Shown here piece by piece: positions 12,201 to 24,200 of a DNA stretch of 64,000 nucleotides. The notes below the pieces were generated by a model, which saw only the letters and a list, made by a program, of their open reading frames with translations, ran no database searches and was not told the origin of the DNA. The first letter of the stretch is position 1; each line of letters begins with the position of its first letter. The translations under genes and the position numbers were made by a program. This DNA is from Fimbriosthenelais zetlandica (lineage: Eukaryota). The stretch covers positions 15,004,001 to 15,068,000 of the forward strand of contig OZ365109.1 in NCBI GenBank assembly GCA_977030845.1, given 5' to 3'.

Positions 12201-15200
12201 ATTGGTCCGGCCCAGATCCAAATTGTGATCCAGGCCGGCCCAGATCACAATTTTGATCTGGGCCGGACCAATTCAAAATTGGTCCAGCCCCAATCAAAAT
12301 TGTGATCCAGGCCGGCCTGGATTAAAATCGTGAAAGGATTTCGATTGGGGCTGGACCAATTCAAAACTGGGCCGGAAGGACGGGTTGGATTTTAATCTGG
12401 TCCAGCCCAAATCCTAATCGTAATATCTTGGCCCAAATCAAAATCCTAGTTCAGATGGTATTAGTTTTAATGGTGTGGAGAGGTGAGGAATGAGGGGAGG
12501 AGTGGCGGAGGGAATGTGAGAGGGGCGTTGATTGAGAGTGTTATTATTATAATTATGACTTGATGAAATCCACAAGCTTGATACTATAATTATAACAATT
12601 GGGTGTGAATGTCGCGTCACTCTTCAATCTTTAGCTACGGCCTATTCCATAAAAAAGGTCGCGCTAAAAGTGTTATTTAAGGATAGTATAGGGAAGGGTC
12701 GCACTAAAATAAAGGCCTAATACCCAATCACTTAGTAACCTCGGGAGGTGTTAAAAAAATTAACGCCCCCCCCCCCCTAGAATAAAGTCCCATAAACAAA
12801 GAATTAAAGATTTCACATTTGGGGGGAAAAGAAAATATGAAAATTTTAAATGGCAATGTGGTTCTTTATGCTGGATAAATGGATGATCTTAAATGAGAAT
12901 TAATTTTATTTACGCCAAACTGCCTTAGCTTTTATAAGCAGGAGGTTGATGTTTCGTCTAAGAGTCTCCTTCTAAGTTATTGATTATTATAATCTTAACA
13001 ACATATTTTGTGATGCGATCAGAATATCCAAAATAATCCATGTTCCAGTTACCACTATTTCTGCACCAGTTCATCTCATTAGAAAGATACCAAACTATTT
13101 TTGTAAACTCGAGTAGGTATTAGGGGTAATAAATACAGTAGTTGTTTAGTCCGTTTGAATTTAAAAAGGCAAACATTTATTTTTTGAGTCCACACTTGGT
13201 TGATGGTGGATTCCCCTGATGTTTGTGTATTCGCGTCGCGAATTTTGAATTGGTCCAGCCCCAATCCAAATTGTGATCCAGGCCGGCCCAGATCACAATT
13301 TTGATTGGGGCTGGACCAATTCAAAATTGGTCCAGCCCCAATCAAAATACATATTTTGTGATGCGATCAGAATATCCAAAATAATCCATGTTCCAGTTAC
13401 CACTATTTCTGCACCAGTTCATGTCATTAGAAAGATACCAAACTATTTTTGTTAACTCGAGTAGGTATTAGGGATAATAAATACAGTAGTTGTTTAGTCC
13501 ATTTGAATTTAAAAAGGCAAACATTTATTTTTTGAGTCCACACTTGGTTGATGGTGGATTCCCCTGATGTTTGTGTATTCGCGTCGCGAATTTTGAATTG
13601 GTCCAGCCCCAATCCAAATTGTGATCCAGGCCGGCCCAGATCACAATTTTGATTGGGGCTGGACCAATTCAAAATTGGTCCAGCCCCAATCAAAATACAT
13701 ATTTTGTGATGCGATCAGAATATCCAAAATAATCCATGTTCCAGTTACCACTATTTCTGCACCAGTTCATGTCATTAGAAAGATACCAAACTATTTTTGT
13801 TAACTCGAGTAGGTATTAGGGATAATAAATACAGTAGTTGTTTAGTCCATTTGAATTTAAAAAGGCAAACATTTATTTTGTGAGTCCACAATAGGGTGTG
13901 AATGTCGCGTCACTCTTCAATCTTTAGCTACGGCCTATTCCATAAAAAAGGTCGCGCTAAAATTGTTATTTAAGTATAGTATAGGGAAGGGTCGCACTAA
14001 AATATAGGCCTACACCCACCCAATCACTTATTAACCTCCCCCCCGCCTGGAATAAAGTACCACAAACAAAGAATTAAGGATTTCACATTTGGGGGAAAAG
14101 GAAAATATGAAAATTTTAAATGGCAATGTGGTTCTTTATGCTGGATAAATGGATGATCTTAAATGAGAATTAATTTTATTTACGCCAAGCTTTTATAAGC
14201 AGGAGGTTGATGTTTCTTCTAAGAGTCTCCTTCTAAGTTATTGATTATTATATTCTTAACCCTTTAATGCCTAAGAGTGCCAAATGGCACTCACCCGTCT
14301 GTACGAAGAGTGCCATATGGCACAATTCGTGTTTTTAGCCAATTTAGAACATGTCATTCTCTACATTTTGGTGAAAAAATTATTGCAAAACTCCAATTAG
14401 AAGTCGAGATACAGCCTCTTGAAGTTGGCAAGGTGGAAAATTTTAAGAATCAGTGATTCTCCTGGCAGGCGATTATCACAGGAAAAATCGCCGATAAACA
14501 CATCAGTACATTATTTTGAGAAATATGTATCATGTATTAATTCTTATATTATTTTATCACTTCTCATCGGATTTTTATAATGTAAACTTTATTCAGGAGG
14601 TAACACTGAACTCTAATAAATTCCACTACTGATATTTAATTCTACAGCATTCTGTTGCCATGGAAACGGCCAATTTTGGGTAAATCCAATTTTTTCTGCA
14701 AAATACGTTACCATGGAAACCAATTTTGTTAATTTAAAAATTTCTGTCAAAAGTATCATTTCATTGAATTAAGCACCAAGAAATGTGCCAAGTGTACTTT
14801 TAACATTTTTTTAAATTAAAAAAAAGTTCTTAGCATATTTTGCCCTAAATATTGAAATAAAATGGGTTATTTTTTAGCAAAATTTTCCTATATTGTCCTA
14901 TATTCGAATCGTAACTTTTTTTATGGTTGGGCCACAGATATAGTTGTTACATGGTTGGATTTAGTATAACCTACTGCGAAATAAAAGACATAAACATTGT
15001 AAGTAATAATGAAATTAATATTCATTTTAAGTGTCAAAAAAAGGTAAAAATGGCTTTTTAAGGCCTAGCTGAGGACCTTCGTAGTACTGGAACAGTCACT
15101 TCTATAGGGTCCGGCATTAAAGGGTTAACAACATATTTTGTGATGCGATCAGAATATCCAAAATAATCCATGTTCCAGTTACCACTATTTCTACGAAATG

Positions 15201-18200
15201 CTCTACGAAGTGCCACCCTAACAGCAATGCATGCCAAAATGTGTTTTAAAATATTTGGTAATTTATTAATATTTTATGTAATTTAACAGCTGAATATTTT
15301 TGTAATCGTTTTTTATTATGAACATTTCATTAACATTTATTATGAACATTTATGTACTGTGTCTGTTAAGTGTCACTGGAATATTTGAACTAGGATTTTG
15401 ATTTGGGCCAAGATATCATGATTAGGATTTGGGCTGGACCAGATTAAAATCCAACCCGTCCTTCCGGCCCAGTTTTGAATTAGTCCAGCCCCAATCCAAA
15501 TTGGGATCCAGGCCGGCCTGGATCACAATTTCGATTGGGGCTGGACCAATTTTGAATTGGTCCGGCCCAGATCAAAATTGTGATCTGGGCCGGCCTGGAT
15601 CACAATTTGGATCTGGGCCGGACCAATTCAAAACTGGGCCGGATTTCGATTGGGGCCGTGACAAATACATTCCAGAGACTTTAGACCTTCAATTGATGGT
15701 GAAAGAATATTTGCAGGCACTCTGATAAACAGGAAAGTCAAAAACTGAGAAAAGGCAGTCGAAAGATTTGTCTTTACCTTTATGTTTATGTTCAAGCAGT
15801 ATAGTTACAGTTTGGGGTATTTATTATATAAGTGGGTATAGCTTCTGTTTGTTAGGGATCATGAGATCACTCCTCGTGCGGCCCCCTCCCAGCATCTTCC
15901 AGCCATTTCTTACATGCTCGGACGCCTCTCAGCTACAAGAAGCTATTCAGTATACACCAAGCAGGAAAGTCGCCATAAATAACATGTGAAATGCATGTTA
16001 CTTCTATGGAGAAAAATACTGAAAAGAAAGATAAGAAAGGAAAAGCTGTTCGTGAGCTCAATACCGATGGCATGTCTGAGGACCTATAGTGACTTCAGGG
16101 AGAATTTTTTTTTTTTTAGAATGTTTATAAAGCCATTATTGGTGAAGCCAGTTCACACTCTTGATGATTCAAGTATGGTTTTCAGCTGGGGGCTCTTTCT
16201 CTACGTGCATCCATGACATCCATGAACAAGATGAAAGCAGACTGGTGAATCATAAATAAAGCTGCTCAAAGAATTCTAATATATAGAGAGGCCAAAAATG
16301 AATGCTGGAGCAAGGTATAGGCCCATCCAACAAGCATAAGGCTTGTATGTGAGTGTAGTGAGTTAGATTGGCTGTGAATCAGAGTTGGCGTTATCCCACA
16401 CGAGCCTCCGGGCGTTCGTCACCTGTGGCTTATACGCCTACACAGTGCATGTTCAACTCAGCCTTGTAAATTGTACTTGTACAGTAGAAGCTCAGCGAGT
16501 ACTCCGATCCTTATCAACGAACGCCTTCTGTTTATTGCTATGGTAACTGGAGTAAAGACAGTCCCCCATTTTACAAACTCTTAAGACATAAAGAGAGCTG
16601 AGATTGTTCGGACCAAAGTTCAGATGTAATTTCCACGAAGGTAGTTTTGTTTTTCAGGGATGATGGATCTGTAGTGGTAGCCCCCAGGGCACCGGGGGGG
16701 GGGGGGAGAGAGAAGGAAATCACCAGGAAATGAACTGCAAAATGATACCCTTTGGGTAAAAAGTTTCTGTAATACAGAAATATCAAATTATGAACAAATT
16801 ATGTATTGGTGAAAAATAAATGTCGTTACAAACTCAAAACTCAAATCATAGGCCGATTTCCAGTACAAATAAACTTCATACACTGAAAAATGTGAATTCG
16901 CTGATGAGAGTTGACTCTACTTTAAAACTTATCTAATATTATACACGGGCCTAGATGTATATTGAGACCTGGATCGTAGAATATACACCAGTCAGAAATA
17001 TGACTTGACTTTTTATAACTGTCAATCCATTAGTTTGTCCCTAGAAAAATTTCAAAGCAACCATGGGACCATTTATCCAGTCTCTTCGTATCAACCCACT
17101 GACTTTATATCTTGGCTGTAAAAGATCCGATATCTTCAAGCTGGGATCATATATCTTACTGAAATGAGCAACCCACATTAGAGTAGACGGGCAAAAGACG
17201 AAGAGCATTCCCTTCCAAGGACCAGTTGAATACTTTTGAAACTTTTTCAATAAAAAACGAGGGAAACCGGAATGTACTTCGATATTATTTGCAAAGAAAC
17301 ATCCACTTTCAAAAGACTTGTGCAGCAGAGCATTTGCAAATTCATCAGAATATTTCCTAGACATTTTCCCACTTTTTTCCTCCTCTCATTCATATATTTA
17401 CAGACCGCGTCTAGTATAAAAAATAGCGCCTGGTCTAATACACATAATGACATGAGATAAATCTTTCCTCTGTACAAGTGCATGGGACTGGAGTTTGGCG
17501 GACCACAGGAGACCAAAGCATCGACATGCTAGCAATGTTTTGTATTCATCCGTGGAATGGGGCTGGAAATCAAGCGTCTGGGTGGGCGAGCTGCAGCCCT
17601 GTACTTAAATGCACTACTTGATGACGGATGTCTGGCCTTGCCTTCAAAGAAATCAATCAATGATAAAGCAATTTAACACGCGCTAGGGCTCTTTTTTTCT
17701 GGGGGGAAGTTATTTGCCTTTGTTTTTGTTCAAGGGGAAAAATAGAAATCCGTCTTGCTAGGTTTTTGTTGCTGGAGCGCTTCCCACAAAAATCATCCTT
17801 GAACGAGCCCGGCCAATATCTCATATATCCTCCATTCTTGTTGGGGGTATTTTCTATAATATAACGTGTGTAAACTGATTTAGATCTAAAATACTTATCA
17901 TTCTATAATTGAAATACTATATCTTTATATGCGCCATATAAATAACTGTCTCTATTTTGATAAGAGAAAAGGATATGACTTGGATTATTCGCAAAAAAAA
18001 GTTCAGTTAAATCACATCAATGGATGGAAGATCACGCCGCTCCTGAATCAAAGTCCCTTTTATAAAATACCCTTCATTTCATACCAGCTCATCAAGGATA
18101 TTAAAACATTCATCCCAGGCCGGAGAAAATTACCATGTGTCCCAACCACAACGCACAAAGCAACTCATCACCGCAGGAAATTGGATATCAGTCATATTAA

Positions 18201-21200
18201 TGAGAGACTGTGATGGGCGGATTTGTTCATGTGTATTAAAAGGAAAGTCCCGATGCTCAATTTTCCAGCACATAACTCACTTCAGAATATCAGGAAATGA
18301 CAGTCACTTCACATTTAGTATAGCGTTTCAATGAACACAAGACTGACTTGATATATAAGTATTATGATTGTGAAGATTGGACCTTTGAATGAGGGGAAAC
18401 CTAGTTATCAGGATATCACCATTATAGCATTAACCGACCACTCCAGGGTTAAAAACCTGCTGGGAAGTGAGTTGTCTAGCCTAAGCCACCCTGGGGAACA
18501 CACTCTAAGCTCACATGTATACATCCAGGATATATGCCCATATACCACCAGCTGTATGAGCCGGGGGTTGGGGGGGATGGGGGGTGGGGGGGTGGGGTAT
18601 GGGACGGGGGGTATGGGTGAGCAGGGTCAAACTGGTATAAACCGAGTGTAGATTGTCGATGAGAGGTGGGAGTGCAGAACTTGTGTAGATTCTTGGAGTG
18701 AACTGACACATATGTCAGTCACATGTTGGATGTTCACAGTTTTGGTGCGGAGGGCAATGAATATGGGGCTTCATAAAGCAGACGCTATGAGCTCAACCCC
18801 CAACCCCAGGGTAAATCTCTATGACCTTCTTAGCATAAGCCTCGCTTGTAGAATGCCACCTGCGTGGAGAGGGAAGAGAGATTTATGTGACCTGGAAGTT
18901 AAGCATGTTTAGGTTACAATCCCTTTGGAGAGGGGAATAAAAATGACTCGACGGCCATCCAGGGTAAATGATGGGCCAATCCTCAAGGACTCGACCCAGT
19001 TTTAAATAGGACTTATCTTATTAGCCAGGCCCTTTGACTATTCAATAGTCTGGATATATTGGTCTCCTGGTCTCGAAATGGGATCACAGGAGCTATTCAT
19101 ACTTAAAAGGCGAGAGAAAATATAAAGGAAAAAATCTTTAAAAATATAATCAAAACATCCACTTACAATTGAAGCATTGTTTTTGTTGAACCTAATCTGG
19201 CTGGGAGCCAAGCTTGGTCCTGCCCCCAGACACACCGCCTTCTACCCTGTCATGAGAAAAGGTCCCCTGTGTGCTAGTTTATAACCATCTGGCCCTTGGT
19301 ACAGGCAGTTGATGTTGAAAAACCTTCAAACCCAAGACCTTTCGACCCTGTACACCGCCTCAACATAAACTGTCCTACTTGCTTCACTGTTTTAAACGAC
19401 TTCTGATAGTAAAAGTTTGGAGGAGGCGGGTATAAGATGAAACCATTGAGGAATGAAGTGGTCAAAGTCCCATTGAGAAATGAATTGGAGAGGATTCAGA
19501 CATATCAGACATGGACAACTGATGGAGAAGTGACCACAGTCAACTAAAGAACTCTGAAGAAAATCATTTTCATTTGGATTCCACTTCCATTAAAATTCCT
19601 TTGTACAATTCTAAATGCACATGCCCACACCGAAGGGGGAAATGTTACTCGGCTCATTGAAAGCAGAGGCAGATCCTGAGAAAATAATCTCAGGGCGCAA
19701 GAACATCCAGTATTGACAGTTTCCACGAGTGTAGGGTTTACAGAAAGCAGCTGAATACTCGAGCAGCTCGGCCACAAAACTCCAAATTATGAGCACTTCA
19801 AAATGTGGTGGGCATCTGGTCTTTCAGGCAAGTTCACTCACATTCTAAGGTTCCCTCCCCATTGAAGCTGAGTATTTAGGATCGAAAAAAGAGGAGAGCA
19901 TCCAATGGCGTGTGCCAGGGGGAAAAAGAGGAGGTCACATTTCCCAGATGTTTGGATCTGTTTCCTATGTCAGTAGGGTTGATCCCTATTACACTTTCTA
20001 GTCGTGGGTAAGACACCTGGGGCTGATAGGAAGTTGGGTGATGAGGGTCATTATTTCACTGGGTCAGTGTGTGTGGATCTGCTTAGAGGGGGGTGAATTA
20101 GGGAGGGAGGTGATGACCATCAGCAGACAGATATACCCCAGTCACTAGCGGCTCACTCACTACTTCTGTATTTGTATGAGACAGAAGAATAATACTGAGT
20201 GTTCAACATTTGCTAGGTGAGTCAGGCCTGAGGATGAGAAAACTTTGATGGTAGATTAAGAATACATTCGTTCCATAGAACTAGAAAACTAGTTCTACGA
20301 TACATCACCCACAGTACATCACCCTTCTATTAGATCAAGGAAGAAAATGTATTCTACATTTCAGGACTTTTTTCCACAATAAATACGTACACAATGACTG
20401 ACAGACCCTCTAAGATAAAGGAGAAAAGCTTTAAATAGTGCATTATTAAGGCCATCCGAACTGTTATAAATACAATATGTATAGTTGGCAATATTATACA
20501 GAGGAATTCACCAGTACTTCGTGAAATTGAAATGGCAAACCAGGCATTCTCTGTTGATCATGGAACAGGCATCAATTAGTTTTATGTTTTTGAAAGAGAT
20601 CCTACTCACTGTAGCTCTGTGTTCATGTATTGTCTCTACTGGGAAATTCAACATTGGAAAGTGAAAATGTCATGTATCACTGATACAATTGTATATCTGA
20701 AGAGAATGAGGATGGGAGGGACTATTGAGAAATTTGACTATGCTCGTGCTGAGCCCATTGTGCTCATCATTGAAAGGATGCTGGTTTGATTAGTCAGGTG
20801 CCACGCTCTGGGCCGGAGATAAGGACTTGGCAGTGTACTGTTCATGTCATTTTTGGCACGTTCTAACATGTTGGTAGGCTTGTAAGCATACAACTCATGC
20901 CAGAGCAGGAACTACTGTGGTATTACTGTCCATAGTTCATCCCTCTGTCAGAGAAAACAAAACTCATCGGAATGGTATTCCTACAACCTCATTCAATCCA
21001 AACACCCGCATAAGGATTATACTAATCTAATCAGAATCCCTAAAATAACCTGGGATCTTAAAATATTGTATGTGGCCATTTAAATGACTAGAATATTATC
21101 AGAACTTTTCCATTCTGGGGCTATACTCAATACAAACGGGGGTGAAACCAATGTCCTAACAAAAAATTTGAATGGATTGAACCGAGGTTTTCCCCTCCAA

Positions 21201-24200
21201 TAATAGCACATTTGTAGAAGTTGACCCAGTAACTTGGATGTCACGGTAGTTATGTAACTGCACCCAAGCTCTGCGTTCTGCTACTGCATCGGCTATACCC
21301 AAACAAAGCTTGGGTACAGTCGTATCAATACAAAACGTGTAAATGTTAAATTTAACATCGAAATCTCCTTCTTCAAGCTTGGTGTAAACTTAAAAGTATG
21401 GTGCATCTTTGTGTGAGGGATGCAACTTTGTCATGAATTCATATGGCTTTAGCCATAAATATTGGGACGACTGAGACTAATGGCTAAATGGATGCTCCAG
21501 TTAATGGTATTAGACTGGGGTCTCTATAGCTAGAGTACAGCCTCAGATGGACGTGCAAACTATTAACTCACAAGTCCCTGGGGGATGATTCAAAGGTCAT
21601 TAGGTGCACCAGATAATTACCAGGAGTCTGATCCGGATTCGTTCAGGCCGGCCATCCATTTACAGGACAAATGGAGCAAGACGTGCATCAATATTGGCGT
21701 TAGGGAAGGCGCTGAAGCCAATCATAATTGCGCCAACTTTTATGTAATTGCTTCACTGATCATCGTTATGGGACATGGCTGTGCCCCACACAAGATAGGC
21801 GAAACAATAAAACAGGTCCATAGTGTACAGGCTTTGTGAATTAAAGTAATGCTGCAAGAGTTCTTGCACTTACTGACTTTCTATCAAATGCCCGATTCAT
21901 TTTTCTTACATTTATATTTTTGTCATATTTCCTGTTCTATTTATACGTACAATATACCAATATCAAATATGGAACTAGCCTTTAAAATATCTCTCTGGTA
22001 GTTTTCAAAACGTACACATGTAGAAAACTTCCAGGATAATTCAAATTAAAAAAAAAATAAAAAAACAAATACTGATCAATACATATGAGGTTAATAGAAC
22101 AAACGTTTAAAATGTCATTATCAAATATCCAAAATATATTGTACCCTGTCCCATGAAGAATAGGAATGCCTACCATACCTGATGGCGGTATATTCAGCTT
22201 CAATAAAGCAAATATATGGCATGGACGTGATATTTGCATGGTACTCGAGACTGGTAATATTTCTGCAATCTGTTTCGGCCGAGAATGATGACTGAAATAT
22301 TTCTGAAGGTTACTGTATCAGTTCACAAAGGGTACCAAGAGAGAACTATATTGTTCATATTGTCTAGATCAAACCAGCTGCTAAGCAACAGTTAAACTAA
22401 CTGGCTAACGAGATTACATTGTTAGGTCTTCAATTAATCAGGCCAATAAGGTAACCACATGTCCCCAATGCCATGTAACAATTTGCTTTGGGCAAACACT
22501 GGCATAATGCTGGAATAATACCCACAAGAGCAGGGGAGTCGAGTCAAAGCATCATTTAGCAAGGCATGGGATTTAAAAAAAACATCTCTAGCTAATGAAA
22601 GTTAACAGACAATTCCCTGGTTCTGTTGTCGAAAAAAAACTAGCCTGTTGTTGGCAACCCTCTGAAGCCAAGCTGACCATATGGCATCATAATTGTTCTA
22701 ACCATGAAAGGATTATTAATAATTTAAAAGTCCTTTAATGGCCATACATGTAATGTATGAATTAATTGTCAAAACCAGTCCGGTCCTAACCTTTATATTT
22801 GAAAAGAACTAAAATAGAAATTTACCAAAATTGTGCTTATTGAGTTGTTCACCGACCGATTATAAGATTAGATTTGACAGTTCTCACTGAGTTTTTTCAA
22901 TGGTTTAAAATCCCCATAGTGTCCTGAATAGAGCGGTCCAGACACTGATATATGGGACAATAAATGCCCTAAATGCCTGTCAGTCAATGTAAGAACCGCC
23001 TGTCACAAAACAATACACTGGAGTGTTGGTTCTTGTTGTAAATGGCGGATGGCAGGCAAAAGAGCAATAAGATAGAAGACTAGAGACACTGACAGAACTC
23101 CGGAGGATGGGACATACCAGATCCTAGGTCAACCATATCTATTTGCTCCACAAACATTTCTCAAAGTGATCAGTCACATTTCCTGTTCTAAATGACTGCA
23201 CCTATCGATATTTATCCCTCTTTCACCGACTTTATTTATCCTCATTAGTCCAAGCTCGCCAGTGCCATTCTGTAGAGTCAACAAGACTGGTTGGCACTCA
23301 CATACATGTACATACATTGGGGCCTGGTTCTCTGTGTCAGGCACTGGAGGGCATCGACTGATGAATAATATGTGCCTAGAACTTTTACAAACCTAGATAA
23401 TCTTGATCTATTTAGGGTACATTCTATTATGTGGTATAGAGATTATATTGCTGTATCAAAAAGTTGCAGCTGCAATTGTTATAGTCTTAGATCATCTTCT
23501 TCGAATATCATCTATAAGGTTGTAACAATATTAAGTAGAAATGTATTATATTTGGGAAGATTCGAAAAATGAGTGAGAGAGAAAGAGGGAGAGGGAGAGA
23601 TCGGGGAGAGGGGAGGAGAGTATCTTTTATGGGGCCAGTTATCCCTTTAGACTAGTCATAAATAGTAGTACCCAAACAAAAAATCACTTGTAACTTTATG
23701 AAATTCCAACTCAGGAATACAAGAATGCCGAAGAGCATTGTTTCAAACGTAGGAAAAAAGGCGGCTAGCAAAACGGGAACGACAAAGATAACCTCTGGCC
23801 TACTTTCTAAGCCATTCGGTACATCACAGATATTGAGGCCCCCCAGTGATCCAAACTGTAAGTCTTATCATCCCCTAGGGCGCTACTTTCATATTCCTAA
23901 TACTCAGTTACTTGAGTTTCACTATGTCTCCACCTAAAGATCATGGATTTGAAAGTGAAGTCTATCTAAAAATAACATGTCTCCACCCATCATGTTTGTC
24001 ATAGATCTATCAACCTGCACAAAATCCACTCTAGGCCTGTAAATTCTCTATCCCTAAAGTTCAAAAGAACGTTCCTGAGCTTGCAAATCAAAATAAAAGC
24101 TGTTTTCTATTTGCAAACAGAGGTTAACCTTGATGACATCTGAAGCTGATTGTTTTGTCATTTTTCCTCCCCCTCACAATGGTGGATCAGACGCCGTTTG

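Larger units (their letters stand above)
12165..15663. mobile_element. Non-autonomous Ginger-like / foldback DNA transposon (~3.5 kb) with ~280-bp TIRs
   Basis: TIRs 12165-12453 and 15386-15663 start TGTCACGGCCCCAATC and end GATTGGGGCCGTGACA; 4-bp direct flanks AATA (12161-12164, 15664-15667); TIRs are built of palindromic subrepeats; no transposase ORF. Confidence 0.7.

Noticed and set aside
12070-15725. Repeated ORFs (MIGAGPILNWS..., MIQAGPDHNFDWG...) and a CRISPR-like appearance of short palindromic repeats
   Set aside because: They are translations of TIR subunits; there are no unique spacers, no cas genes, and the context is eukaryotic.
17041-17516. Overlapping ORFs of 62-107 aa in integrin intron 1 as a possible nested gene or retroelement fragment
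   Set aside because: No recognisable motif (no RT, integrase or endonuclease signature) and no consistent splice partners.
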